DNA from: a candidate division FCPU426 bacterium
Lineage (GTDB): Bacteria; Oederibacteriota; PGYV01; Palsa-1178
Assembly: GCA_963840035.1 (NCBI GenBank)
Contig: CAWIXE010000001.1
Coordinates: 480,001 to 544,000, forward strand
Direction: 5' to 3'
Length of the DNA stretch: 64,000 nucleotides
Shown here: piece after piece, positions 19,043 through 28,917 of the stretch
How the letters are laid out: the number at the start of each line of letters is the position of its first letter
Numbering within the stretch: position 1 is the first letter of the stretch
Program-made: the position numbers and the translations under genes
Notes under the pieces: generated by a model
Told to the model about the DNA's origin: nothing
The model's database searches: none
What the model saw: the letters and a program-made list of their open reading frames with translations, nothing else

Positions 19043-21460
19043 ATGAACAAAAAATTCATACCAGCGTTATTGCTGCTTGTAATGACTCTTATATATTTTA
19101 CTCCCGAACTTTTTTTGGGCAAATCATTTACCGGCGGCGATTCGGCTTACCTGGGGCTTCCGATGTCCAAGTTTTATTCCGAGACCATAAGCAAGGGTGA
19201 AGTGCCGCTTTGGATCCCGCATATGCTCAACGGATTCCCGGCATTGGGGACCTTTTACTACCCATTCAACCTGCTGCTTACAAACATACCCGCGCATAAA
19301 TCCCTGACCATAAACCTGGCGATACATTTCCTGCTTGGCGGGATATTTATGCTTATGTTCGCCTCTTTATTCGCTGAAAGCGCGTCAGCCTTTTTTATAG
19401 CGGCTGTTATGTGGTCGTTTTCCGGGCTTTTTTCCTACAGGGCCGAGCAGCTCGGGGTGCTGCAGGGGCTGGCCTGGACGCCCTTCTTTTTTTACTGCGC
19501 TGAAAAATATGTCAGGAAAAGCGACATACTCTGGCTTTTCGCCATAAGTTTTGCCGTGACCCTGAATGTTTTTGCCGGCCACGGGCAGAGTACATTTAAT
19601 CTTCTGCTGGGCGTCCCCGTATATTACGGGGTAAGGATGCTCATGGAAAAGAAAAACATTTTTTCAAAAAACACCCTGATGCTGCTGTTCTTTATGGCAT
19701 TTGGCATCATCATGTCCGCGGCTTATGTACTGCCCCTGTTCGAGGCCATATCCTTTTCCATGAGGAGCAAAGGCATGAGCACGGCAGGGATACTGAGCTC
19801 TGAAACCACCCACTGGCTGAACCTGCTGAACATATTCTTCCCGTTCCTGTACGGGTCCATGAGCAACAATACTTATATAGGGACTTACATTTTCAAGTCT
19901 TTCTATATTTCATATATTGCCCTTTACACAGGCTTTGTGGCGGCTGCCGCGTATTACCTTGCGGCAGCCAGGTACATAAAGGAAAATATCATAAAACTTT
20001 TTCTTGGGTTCATAATATTTTCATTCTTTTTCTCCCTGGGCGGGAATTTTTTCCTGAATACATACCTGGCAAAGATACCCGTGCTGAACCTTTTCAGGAA
20101 TCCGGACATGATGCTGCAGTTCTTTGTCTTTTTTACGGCTGCGACGGCAGCCTATGTGCTGGACAGGGTGAAAAAGGAAGACATAAACGGCGGTGTAATA
20201 AAAATACTTGCAGCGCTGTCGTCCGTTTTTGTTTTTATATCCGGCGCAGTTTGTATATTTAAGAAAGATATTCTCACCGCGGCCGGACCGGCAATCGCAG
20301 CCTTCATAAATTCAAAAGTGATAAATACAAAGTTCCATCATTTTGATTTTGAATATTACATGAGTAAGTTTGTCAATTCATTTGATTTTATTTCGGCCCA
20401 TGTATTTTTTCAGTCCATATTTATCACAATCATAATCTTACTCTTCGCGTATTTCGCGCATGGAAAGATTGCAAAAGGCAAATTCATAATGGCGCTGGCA
20501 GCGGTGACATGCCTGGAGCTTTTATTTAATATGCAGGGCTACCAGCCGGTTCAGCCGGATAAGTTCTATGATAACATTCCGCAGAGCGCTAAATTCCTCT
20601 CAAAGGACCCGTACTCAAGGGTGCTGCAGTGGCGCTATTTTGAGGCCGATAAATTATACTTTAAGGAAGGCGCATACCGGGGAGAGCTGGAGGAGCACCT
20701 GGCAAAGCAGGAACTCATGCCGCCGAACCAGAATGTTTCCTACGGAGTCATGTCTTTCTGGGGATACCACCCGCTTGCGTATAAGAAATACCTTAAATAT
20801 TATGATTCATTTGACAGGGCAGTGTTAAAAGGCGGGGAAGAGTCGGACTTATGCCTTATAACAGGAGCCACATTGCTTGACGCCTCGGCTGTTAAGTACA
20901 TATTGACACCGTTTGAGCTTAAAATTCCCGGGCTAAAAAAATCAGGGACCTTCGGTAATGTATCTATTTATGAAAGAATCGGCTCACCCGGCCTCATATC
21001 TTTCGCTACAAAGGCCGAGTTCATGAAGGACGAGGACCTTATTCTGAAGGATTTAAGCGACGGAAAATTCAGCATCAAAGGAAAGGTACTTATAATGTCT
21101 GCCGATAACCGCACAGAGGATTTCGGGAAAGGCGCGGCTAAAATTGACATCACACAATGGGACAACCGCGGCATAAAAGCCAAAATAAAGGCCGAGACAG
21201 CCGGTTACGCGGTAATAGCAAGCTCCAATTACCCGGGATGGAAAGCATATGTGGATGGAACCCCGGCAGCCATACAAAGGGCAAATTACCTCTTTTCTGC
21301 CGTTAAAATAGAAAAAGGAGACCACGAGTTCTCAATGACCTATTCCCCGGAATCAGTTAAAAGAGGCGTTTTAATATCAATACTGTCCTTCATGGCGTTT
21401 GCTGTGGGGCTTATTTTTGCTTTATTTTTAAGGAGTAAAAGCAGCCGTTCCCGGATGTAA
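19043..21460 (+). CDS. YfhO-family GT-C membrane glycosyltransferase
   Basis: PLWIPHMLNGFP..YYPFN; multi-TM; NYPGWKAYVDG..RANYLF..G.H..Y.P. Confidence 0.85.
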   Translation: MNKKFIPALLLLVMTLIYFTPELFLGKSFTGGDSAYLGLPMSKFYSETISKGEVPLWIPHMLNGFPALGTFYYPFNLLLTNIPAHKSLTINLAIHFLLGGIFMLMFASLFAESASAFFIAAVMWSFSGLFSYRAEQLGVLQGLAWTPFFFYCAEKYVRKSDILWLFAISFAVTLNVFAGHGQSTFNLLLGVPVYYGVRMLMEKKNIFSKNTLMLLFFMAFGIIMSAAYVLPLFEAISFSMRSKGMSTAGILSSETTHWLNLLNIFFPFLYGSMSNNTYIGTYIFKSFYISYIALYTGFVAAAAYYLAAARYIKENIIKLFLGFIIFSFFFSLGGNFFLNTYLAKIPVLNLFRNPDMMLQFFVFFTAATAAYVLDRVKKEDINGGVIKILAALSSVFVFISGAVCIFKKDILTAAGPAIAAFINSKVINTKFHHFDFEYYMSKFVNSFDFISAHVFFQSIFITIIILLFAYFAHGKIAKGKFIMALAAVTCLELLFNMQGYQPVQPDKFYDNIPQSAKFLSKDPYSRVLQWRYFEADKLYFKEGAYRGELEEHLAKQELMPPNQNVSYGVMSFWGYHPLAYKKYLKYYDSFDRAVLKGGEESDLCLITGATLLDASAVKYILTPFELKIPGLKKSGTFGNVSIYERIGSPGLISFATKAEFMKDEDLILKDLSDGKFSIKGKVLIMSADNRTEDFGKGAAKIDITQWDNRGIKAKIKAETAGYAVIASSNYPGWKAYVDGTPAAIQRANYLFSAVKIEKGDHEFSMTYSPESVKRGVLISILSFMAFAVGLIFALFLRSKSSRSRM

Positions 21461-21565
21461 ATAATACTGCACAACAGGTTGATTTTATTATATAATGATT
21501 ATAGCGGGTTTATATCATAACTTTATTTATTTTATTATTAGCTGGGCTAAAATCCGGAGGATAAA

Positions 21566-22549
21566 GTGCTGGATGACGACGATTTTAAGATAAGCATGGA
21601 CGACATTAAGGACATGGTCTCCGAGCTTTTCGGCGAAAAGGTCGATAAGGTCGAAGCTGAAGCCGCGAAAAAGATCCTTAAGCAGGAAATGCTTGAGTTT
21701 TTTGAAAGCGGCTTAGACAGCGTGTCCGACACCCGGCTTAACGCGGATGAAGAAAAACTCCTGAAGGAATACGAATCAAACCAGGCAGAGGAAACTGCCG
21801 CGCCTGCGCCGGTCATACCGCCTGTCCCTGAGCAAAAACCCAATCCCGGGGGTCTGCCGGAAATTGATGAAGCTGCTTTCCATAAAAATCTTGAAGAGCG
21901 GAAAACTGAAGACGGCATGAGGGAAAAGATAAAAAAGGAGCTCGAAGAGGAACAGGCAAGGAAAAAGGAAGCTACATTAAAGAAAATTGAGGAATCAAAA
22001 AGGCAAAGCGCGGCGTACCAGGCCGAGCTGACAAGGCCCGCGGCAAATCCCGGGGCATCAGGCGCGCTTTCGCTTAATTACACGGAAATCATAAATATCC
22101 TCAATATGTTTGACCAGACGCAAAAAGTGTTCGCCACCATATTAAGCAAGCTTATAAAAAGAAAACCTGTTGAGACCATGTTTTTGCGGACCCTGGAAAA
22201 AACCATGGAAAAGCACACTGAAGTGCTGAAAAAAGCCGACTTAAACCAGGGAGGCAAAGTCAGGGACGACGGGTCAATCGAGACCATGAGGGTCGCGGCA
22301 AACTTAAACGGCATGCACCTGCCCGAGGAGAAGCGCGCAAAAAGATTCCTTCTGGCGCTTCATGACGTATTTGAGGAAAGGCTCATCGCCACTGAACTGG
22401 CCACCAGCCTGGAGACCAAGGATGACGTTACATCGGCTATAATAATGCAGACGGAAAAGATATTTGAGGTAAAAGCATACACTACAAAACTCCAGGATAT
22501 ATTTATGGAACATGTCATACCAAACACCACCATGAAAGCAGGGGATTAA
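21566..22549 (+). CDS. Hypothetical protein: acidic/charged helical N-terminus plus a conserved C-terminal domain shared with the next gene
   Basis: GGAGG RBS with GTG start; C-terminal region aligns by eye with 22554-23816. Confidence 0.8.
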   Translation: MLDDDDFKISMDDIKDMVSELFGEKVDKVEAEAAKKILKQEMLEFFESGLDSVSDTRLNADEEKLLKEYESNQAEETAAPAPVIPPVPEQKPNPGGLPEIDEAAFHKNLEERKTEDGMREKIKKELEEEQARKKEATLKKIEESKRQSAAYQAELTRPAANPGASGALSLNYTEIINILNMFDQTQKVFATILSKLIKRKPVETMFLRTLEKTMEKHTEVLKKADLNQGGKVRDDGSIETMRVAANLNGMHLPEEKRAKRFLLALHDVFEERLIATELATSLETKDDVTSAIIMQTEKIFEVKAYTTKLQDIFMEHVIPNTTMKAGD

Positions 22550-22553
22550 ACCG

Positions 22554-23816
22554 ATGGCTGATGATATAAACCCAAAGTTATCAGATGAGGAAGAGCAGCT
22601 CCTGCGCGAGTTTGAGCAGGAACGCTCGCGCTTAAGGACAGAAATGGAAGCCGAAGTCAGGCAGGAGGTTAAGCAGGAGCTTGCCGACGAGGTCAAATCC
22701 GTCATGGAAAAGGAAGTGGAAGGGGCCATGACAGCCGAGGTAAATAAAGCTGTCGAGGAAGAAGTGGAAGCCCAGGTAAAGCAGGAAGTCGAGATAGGCA
22801 TCATGGACGGCAAAAGCGGAGCTTTGGACGAAGCCGCCATGCGCAAATCCATGGAAACCGAACTGCGCGGCAAGATAGAGGGAGAACTCAGAAAGCAGCT
22901 CGAGGAAGAAGCAAGGAAAAGGATCGACGAGACCAGGGCAGAACTCGAGATAAAGATAAGGCGCGAGATGGAAGAAAAGGAAAAACTGAAAAAAGCCGAA
23001 GTCATAAAAAAGCTCCAGGCTTTAAAGCAGATAGAGGATGAAAACAACAAATCACATGAAGAGGAACTTAAAGTAAAGATAGCGGAAGAAATGCGCCGCG
23101 AGCAGCAGGAAAAGGAAAAGAAAAGGAAAGAAGAGATTTTAAAGAGCCTGCAGAAGATCGAAAAGGTGGAAACCGAGGCGAAGAAGCTGCAGGATGAGGA
23201 TATCAAAAGCAAAATGAAGGAAGAAATAAAGCTTGAGATGGAAGAGGAACGAAGGAAAAAGAAGCAGGAGATACTCAGCAAGCTCGAGTCGGTAAAAGTG
23301 CAGAACGCGGAATTCCAGCAGAAGATGTCGCAGATTACCCTTAACTACAGCGAACAGACCGCCATGCTGCAGTTCTTTGAGGAAACACAGAAGATATTTT
23401 TTACCTACTTATCGGCCAGGAAGGATAAGAAGGACACGGAGTCCATATTTTTCAAGGGAGTCATGAATGCCGAAAGGAAATGCCCGGACATACTGCGCAG
23501 GTGCATCACTGACAGGGACGGGAACCTAAAAAAAGACGGAGTCCTTGAGGCTGCCAGGGTGATCGCGAACACGAACGCGCTTTCACTGCCGGAATCTGAC
23601 AAGGCAAAAAAATTCCTCGCGGGTTTAAGGGAAATATTTGAGGAAAGGCTCATAGGGGCGGAGACAGCCACCAATCTTGACATAAAGGAAAGGGTCATAA
23701 CCGACACCTTAGGCCAGATAAGAAAGCTCATAGGAACGGGAAAATACCCGAAAAAAATAACTGACACATTCATGGAGCACGTGGTGCCTAATACCACGCT
23801 CCAGCAGGGAGATTAA
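22554..23816 (+). CDS. Hypothetical long coiled-coil/single-alpha-helix protein with a paralogous C-terminal domain
   Basis: E/K/R-rich region of roughly 260 aa; ends FMEHVVPNTTLQQGD like the upstream paralogue (FMEHVIPNTTMKAGD). Confidence 0.8.
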   Translation: MADDINPKLSDEEEQLLREFEQERSRLRTEMEAEVRQEVKQELADEVKSVMEKEVEGAMTAEVNKAVEEEVEAQVKQEVEIGIMDGKSGALDEAAMRKSMETELRGKIEGELRKQLEEEARKRIDETRAELEIKIRREMEEKEKLKKAEVIKKLQALKQIEDENNKSHEEELKVKIAEEMRREQQEKEKKRKEEILKSLQKIEKVETEAKKLQDEDIKSKMKEEIKLEMEEERRKKKQEILSKLESVKVQNAEFQQKMSQITLNYSEQTAMLQFFEETQKIFFTYLSARKDKKDTESIFFKGVMNAERKCPDILRRCITDRDGNLKKDGVLEAARVIANTNALSLPESDKAKKFLAGLREIFEERLIGAETATNLDIKERVITDTLGQIRKLIGTGKYPKKITDTFMEHVVPNTTLQQGD

Positions 23817-25016
23817 GTGGCTGAAAATTATATTTTAACACGCGAAAAGCTGGAAAAACTTGAAAGGGAGATCCTTGCGCCATACGCGATGAAAAGCAGC
23901 GAGACGCGCGGCAGGAAATACAGGGAACCGGAGCACCCATTCCGCTCAGTATACCAGAGGGATCGCGACAGGATTATTCATTCCACGGCCTTCAGAAGGC
24001 TCGAATATAAGACGCAGGTATTCGTCAACCTTGAGGGCGATTACTACAGAACCAGGCTCACGCATACAAATGAAGTGGCGCAGATCGCCCGCTCAGTGGC
24101 AAAAGCCCTGCGGTTAAACGAAGAACTGACAGAGTCAATCGCCTTAGCGCATGACATAGGGCACACGCCGTTCGGCCATTCAGGCGAGACAGTACTCGAC
24201 AGGCTGATGAAAGACGAGGGCGGGTTTGAGCATAACGCGCAGAGCCTCCGCGTACTCGATGAACTCGAGCAGAAGTATCCGGATTTTGACGGCGTTAACC
24301 TCACATGGGAAACAAAGGAAGGCATCATAAAACACACCACCGACTATGACAACCCGGCATGCAAGGAATACGACCCCAAGCTCTCGCCCACCATGGAGGC
24401 GCAGATAGTAAACCTGGCTGATGAGATAGCCTATAATTCCCACGACCTTGACGACGGCATAACATCGGGAATACTCAATATCGGGATGCTCAAGTCGACC
24501 ATTATCTGGGAAAAAATAGAAAAATCCCTGGATAAGGTAAAGTTTGATTCCCTTCCGCTGGACATGCAGAAATATAACCTCTGCAGGGCGCTTATAAACC
24601 TGCAGATTACCAACCTTATTGAAAACACGGTTGTCAATATCAGCGAATACGGGATTGACTCCGTGGAAAAAGTCAGAAAACATAAAAAACTCTTAATAGA
24701 GTTTGACGACGACATGAAAAAAATGCATAAGGACTTCAAAAGCTTCCTCTATAAGAATTTTTACAAGCACTATAAAGTCATACGCATGGAATACAAGGCC
24801 GAAAAAATAATTGACGACCTTTTTAAGATATATGAAAAGCGCGGCGACGTGACGGACAAACGGAACGTGACTTCATCCATACTGCCCCCGGACGCGAGGA
24901 AAAGGCTGGGTAAGGATTCTTTAAAAAGGGTGATCTGTGATTACATAGCGGGCATGACCGACAGGTTCATACTCGAGGAATATAAGAAACTGTTTGACCC
25001 GTACGAGAACGTGTAA
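23817..25016 (+). CDS. dgt: Deoxyguanosinetriphosphate triphosphohydrolase (HD-domain dGTPase)
   Basis: QRDRDRIIHSTAFRRLEYKTQVF, RTRLTHT, HDIGHTPFGHSGE, ADEIAY..HDLDD, DYIAGMTD. Confidence 0.95.
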   Translation: MAENYILTREKLEKLEREILAPYAMKSSETRGRKYREPEHPFRSVYQRDRDRIIHSTAFRRLEYKTQVFVNLEGDYYRTRLTHTNEVAQIARSVAKALRLNEELTESIALAHDIGHTPFGHSGETVLDRLMKDEGGFEHNAQSLRVLDELEQKYPDFDGVNLTWETKEGIIKHTTDYDNPACKEYDPKLSPTMEAQIVNLADEIAYNSHDLDDGITSGILNIGMLKSTIIWEKIEKSLDKVKFDSLPLDMQKYNLCRALINLQITNLIENTVVNISEYGIDSVEKVRKHKKLLIEFDDDMKKMHKDFKSFLYKNFYKHYKVIRMEYKAEKIIDDLFKIYEKRGDVTDKRNVTSSILPPDARKRLGKDSLKRVICDYIAGMTDRFILEEYKKLFDPYENV

Positions 25017-25020
25017 GCAC

Positions 25021-25103
25021 AAGTCAAAACTCAAAAGTCAAAAGTCAAAAGTGAAGCGGCATTTTAGTTCCACTTTTGAATTTTGAGTTTTGACTTTTGA
25101 CTT
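25021..25103. repeat. Inverted heptamer array (AAGTCAA)x4 - loop - (TTGACTT)x4
   Basis: aagtcaa aactcaa aagtcaa aagtcaa aagtg ... cactt ttgaatt ttgagtt ttgactt ttgactt. Confidence 0.88.
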
Positions 25104-25154
25104 TGTTTGGTTGAAGGAAGAAACTAAAATTTTGCGCGTTTTGGAGGATGTATT

Positions 25155-26675
25155 GTGAACCTTATTGATATTTTACAGCAGGCAGCCGATTCAGCCGGCG
25201 GTAAAGTATTTATGCAGGACGGCAGGGTTAAGAAAACCTTCCGCGGGGCATATGACGACATGCGCCAGTTTGCCGCCGGCCTTAAGAACCTGGGCGTTAA
25301 AAAGGGCGACAGGGTCGCCATACTGCTTAATAACAGCATGGAATTTGTAACAGCCTATTTCGCCACCATATATCTGGGCGCGGAGATAGTGCCGCTGAAT
25401 ACTTTTTTAAGGGTTTCAGAAGTCGTATACATACTAAACGACTGCAGCGCAAAAATACTGGTATCATCATATGATTTTGCCGGGATTATATCGGAAATAA
25501 AACGGGGGGAAGTGCCGTCGCTTGAAAAGATCATTGCCACGGACAACCTGCCCGGCAAGCATCTGAAATTCAGCGATGTTTACCTGAAAGACACATTTGA
25601 TAAAAGTTACATCAATACGGATGATACGGCTGTTATTATATATACGTCCGGGACCACGGGCCATCCAAAAGGCGCCATGCTCACTCACAGGAACCTTCTG
25701 GCCAATGTCCAGTCCGCGACAAAAGCCATACAGGTAAATGTTAATGACAGGTTCATACTTTTTCTTCCCATGTTCCACGCTTTTTCATTTACCGTGTGCG
25801 TTTTAATACCCATATACAGGACAAATTACCTGCGGATAATGAAATCAGTCCAGCCTTTTTCAAACATAGTAAAATCACTTGTCTTTGACAGGATAACAAT
25901 ATTTGTCGCCATACCGCAGGTATTTAACGTTCTTTCAATGAGGAAAATACCCAGGATCGCGTTATGGCTTATAAAAATCAGGATCTGTATTTCAGGGGCC
26001 GCGCCCCTTGCGGGCGAAGTATTGAAACGCTTTGAGGAAAAATTCGGCATCCCGCTTCTGGAAGGGTACGGGCTTTCTGAAGCCTCTCCTGTCGTATCTG
26101 TAAACCCCATAGACGGTGCCAGAAAAGCCGGTTCTGTAGGGCCTGCCATACCCGGGGTAAAAGTAACTATCATAGATGAGAACGGGGCTGAGTTAAAAGC
26201 CGGCGAGATAGGGGAGATAGCCGTAAAGGGCGAAAATGTGATGAAAGGCTATTTTAACAAGCCGGTTGAGACAGCTGAAGTCATAAAAAACGGTTTGCTT
26301 TTGACAGGAGACATCGGAAAAATGGACGAAGACGGATACATATACATAATGGACAGAAAAAAAGACCTGATAATAGTCAACGGAATGAACCTTTACCCGA
26401 GGGAAGTGGAAGAGGTGCTTTACCGCCACCCGATGGTGGAGGAGGCTTCCGTAGTCGGCAAAAAGGACGCAACGCACGGCGAAGTTCCGGTTGGGGTAAT
26501 AAAATTAAAGGAAGGCGCGGCAATAACGGACAAGGAACTAAGGAAGTACTGCAGGGAGGCCCTTGCCACTTTTAAAGTGCCGCACCGTTTTGAATTCTGG
26601 GATGAGCTTCCCAAGACAGGGACCGGTAAAGTATTAAAGAGGGAAATAAAAAGGATAATCAATGAAAAAAAATAA
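25155..26675 (+). CDS. Long-chain-fatty-acid--CoA ligase (FadD/LcfA-like)
   Basis: YTSGTTGHPKG, LPMFH, EGYGLSE, TGDIG, DRKKD, PKTGTGK. Confidence 0.92.
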   Translation: MNLIDILQQAADSAGGKVFMQDGRVKKTFRGAYDDMRQFAAGLKNLGVKKGDRVAILLNNSMEFVTAYFATIYLGAEIVPLNTFLRVSEVVYILNDCSAKILVSSYDFAGIISEIKRGEVPSLEKIIATDNLPGKHLKFSDVYLKDTFDKSYINTDDTAVIIYTSGTTGHPKGAMLTHRNLLANVQSATKAIQVNVNDRFILFLPMFHAFSFTVCVLIPIYRTNYLRIMKSVQPFSNIVKSLVFDRITIFVAIPQVFNVLSMRKIPRIALWLIKIRICISGAAPLAGEVLKRFEEKFGIPLLEGYGLSEASPVVSVNPIDGARKAGSVGPAIPGVKVTIIDENGAELKAGEIGEIAVKGENVMKGYFNKPVETAEVIKNGLLLTGDIGKMDEDGYIYIMDRKKDLIIVNGMNLYPREVEEVLYRHPMVEEASVVGKKDATHGEVPVGVIKLKEGAAITDKELRKYCREALATFKVPHRFEFWDELPKTGTGKVLKREIKRIINEKK

Positions 26676-28284
26676 TAAGTCAGTCAGGTTTTTCCTCGCG
26701 CAGGTTGACACCACGGTGGGGGACATAAAGGGCAATACGGCCGTTATAATAGACAAGATAGGCGCGGCCAGGGCCGCCGGCGCCGACATTGTAATTTTTC
26801 CAGAACTTACCATCACAGGCTACCCGCCGGAGGACCTTGTCCATAAAAAAAGATTTGTGGCCAATAACCTGCTCGCGCTGAAGGAAATAACAGAGGCAAC
26901 ATCAGGCATAACAGCCGTAGTCGGATTTGTGCGGTCAAAGAAAAATGATATTTATAACTCAGCCGCGATCATAAGCGATAAAAAGGTTACAGGGACATAT
27001 GATAAAATAAACCTGCCGAATTACGGCGTCTTTGACGAAAAAAGGTATTTCACGCCGGGCAACAAACCGCATATTTTCAAGGTTAATGGCTTTAAGATCG
27101 GGCTTTCCATATGTGAGGACCTATGGGTAGACTGCGCAGTTTTGAAAAAGACAGCGGGTAAAATGGATTTTTTGATTAACATAAGCGCGTCGCCTTACCA
27201 CATGTCAAAGTGGAAGGAAAGGGCTTCGCTTTTTAAGTCCAGGGCAATTGAATATAAGGCACACCTGCTGTACTGCAACTTAATCGGGGGACAGGATGAA
27301 CTTGTATTTGACGGGCACAGCCTGGTGATGGACGACAAAGGCGGAATACTTGCCCACGGAAAACAGTTTGAAGAGCATGACGTAATATTTGAAACGAATT
27401 TAAGGTCAAAAGCCAAAAAAATAAAAATGGAGCCCATGCTGCCGGAAGAAGAAGTTTATTCCGCGCTTGTACTGGGCACGCGGGATTATGTAAAAAAGAA
27501 CGGGTTTAAAAAAGTGGTGCTTGGCTTAAGCGGAGGGGTGGATTCCGCGCTTGTGGCCGCGATTGCCGTTGACGCGCTCGGCAGGGAAAACGTTAACCTT
27601 ATCTTCATGCCTTCAAAGTTTTCCTCGAAGGAATCCCTCGATGACGCGCGGAAGATAGCGGACAACCTCGGTATAAAAATGAAAAACATAGGGATACAGG
27701 ATATGGTCGACATATTCCTTGAAAAACTCGCCCCGGAATTTGCCGGCACAAAGCCGGATACCACGGAAGAGAACCTGCAGGCGCGCCTGCGCGGAAACAT
27801 TAACATGGCTTTTTCAAACAAGTTTAACTGGCTTGTGCTTACCACAGGCAATAAAAGCGAAATGTCCACGGGTTATGCCACGCTTTACGGCGACATGGCA
27901 GGAGGGTTTGCCGTGATAAAGGACGTGCCAAAAACGCTTGTCTACAGGCTTGTGGAAATGAGGAATAAGAAAGCCGGTTTTGACATGATACCGAAGAACA
28001 TTATCATAAAAGCGCCGACAGCCGAGTTAAGGTTCAACCAGAAAGACTCGGACTCGCTCCCTGAATATGCCCTCTTAGACAGGATAATTGAGGATTACAT
28101 TGAAAACGACAAGACCTACCTGGACTTAAAAGGCAAGTATGACGACGCGGTATTAAAAAAGGTAATAAGGATGATTGACATAAACGAATATAAAAGAAGG
28201 CAGGCCCCTCCCGGGATAAAGATAACGCCGAAATCATTCGGCAGGGACAGAAGGATGCCTATAACTAATAAGTACAGGGAGTAA
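26662..28284 (+). CDS. nadE: Glutamine-dependent NAD+ synthetase
   Basis: Nitrilase-type domain (FPEL..GYPPED, ICEDLW) plus SGGVDS, ENLQARLRG, TGNKSE, PTAEL, EYKRRQ. Confidence 0.96.
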   Translation: MKKNNKSVRFFLAQVDTTVGDIKGNTAVIIDKIGAARAAGADIVIFPELTITGYPPEDLVHKKRFVANNLLALKEITEATSGITAVVGFVRSKKNDIYNSAAIISDKKVTGTYDKINLPNYGVFDEKRYFTPGNKPHIFKVNGFKIGLSICEDLWVDCAVLKKTAGKMDFLINISASPYHMSKWKERASLFKSRAIEYKAHLLYCNLIGGQDELVFDGHSLVMDDKGGILAHGKQFEEHDVIFETNLRSKAKKIKMEPMLPEEEVYSALVLGTRDYVKKNGFKKVVLGLSGGVDSALVAAIAVDALGRENVNLIFMPSKFSSKESLDDARKIADNLGIKMKNIGIQDMVDIFLEKLAPEFAGTKPDTTEENLQARLRGNINMAFSNKFNWLVLTTGNKSEMSTGYATLYGDMAGGFAVIKDVPKTLVYRLVEMRNKKAGFDMIPKNIIIKAPTAELRFNQKDSDSLPEYALLDRIIEDYIENDKTYLDLKGKYDDAVLKKVIRMIDINEYKRRQAPPGIKITPKSFGRDRRMPITNKYRE

Positions 28285-28342
28285 TCACAAATCCCAAAGG
28301 AAAGCAATTTTTGGGATTTGTGATTTGAGATTTGTGATTTGG
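28283..28342. repeat. Inverted heptamer array (AATCMCA)x2 - loop - (TTGKGAT)x4
   Basis: aatcaca aatccca aa ... ttgggat ttgtgat ttgagat ttgtgat. Confidence 0.8.
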
Positions 28343-28349
28343 AGGGACT

Positions 28350-28814
28350 ATGATCCTTGTTTCTGCGTGCTTAGCCGGCGTTAAAACGCGGCATGACGGC
28401 ACTGACAGGTTAAACAGTGCGATAAGGGAATTGGTGGGCTCGAATAAAGCCATACCGCTTTGCCCGGAAGTAATGGGCGGAAGGGCCATACCGCGCGAGC
28501 CTGTGGAAATAACCGGCGGAGAAGGTCTGCGGGTGCTCGCAGGCGGCGCGAAAGTCGTTGACGCGAAAGGCATGGACCACACCAAAGAGATAATAGACGG
28601 GGTAAAAGCATTCATGAAAGCCGTGAAAAGGATGGATGTAAAGGCGGTTATATTAAAAACAAAAAGCCCGACATGCGGCTACGGCAAAATATACGACGGG
28701 ACCTTCAAGGGAAACCTTATTGAAGGAAACGGAGTCCTCGCCGCGGAGCTTGAAAAAGAGGGCATAAAGATATATACTGAAGAGAACTGCGGGGAGTTTA
28801 TAAGGACTTTATAG
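28350..28814 (+). CDS. DUF523 family protein (2-thiouracil desulfurase-like)
   Basis: ILVSACL, CPEVMGG..PREP, LKTKSPTCG, GNGV. Confidence 0.92.
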   Translation: MILVSACLAGVKTRHDGTDRLNSAIRELVGSNKAIPLCPEVMGGRAIPREPVEITGGEGLRVLAGGAKVVDAKGMDHTKEIIDGVKAFMKAVKRMDVKAVILKTKSPTCGYGKIYDGTFKGNLIEGNGVLAAELEKEGIKIYTEENCGEFIRTL

Positions 28815-28839
28815 CGAGAAAAGATTCCGGCGCATTATT

Positions 28840-28887
28840 TGAGACGCCTTATCTGAGACGAACCACCTGAGACGATTCATCTGGGTC
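28840..28887. repeat. 14-bp-period direct repeats (TGAGACG-N7)x3
   Basis: tgagacgccttatc tgagacgaaccacc tgagacgattcatc tgggtc. Confidence 0.7.
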
Positions 28888-28917
28888 AAAAGGCGGATTT
28901 TAAAAGGAGGTTTTATC

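Noticed and set aside
23817..25016. dgt as a stand-alone anti-phage dGTPase island
   Set aside because: Host-like composition, housekeeping neighbours and no other defence genes adjacent; retained only as part of the three-gene finding.
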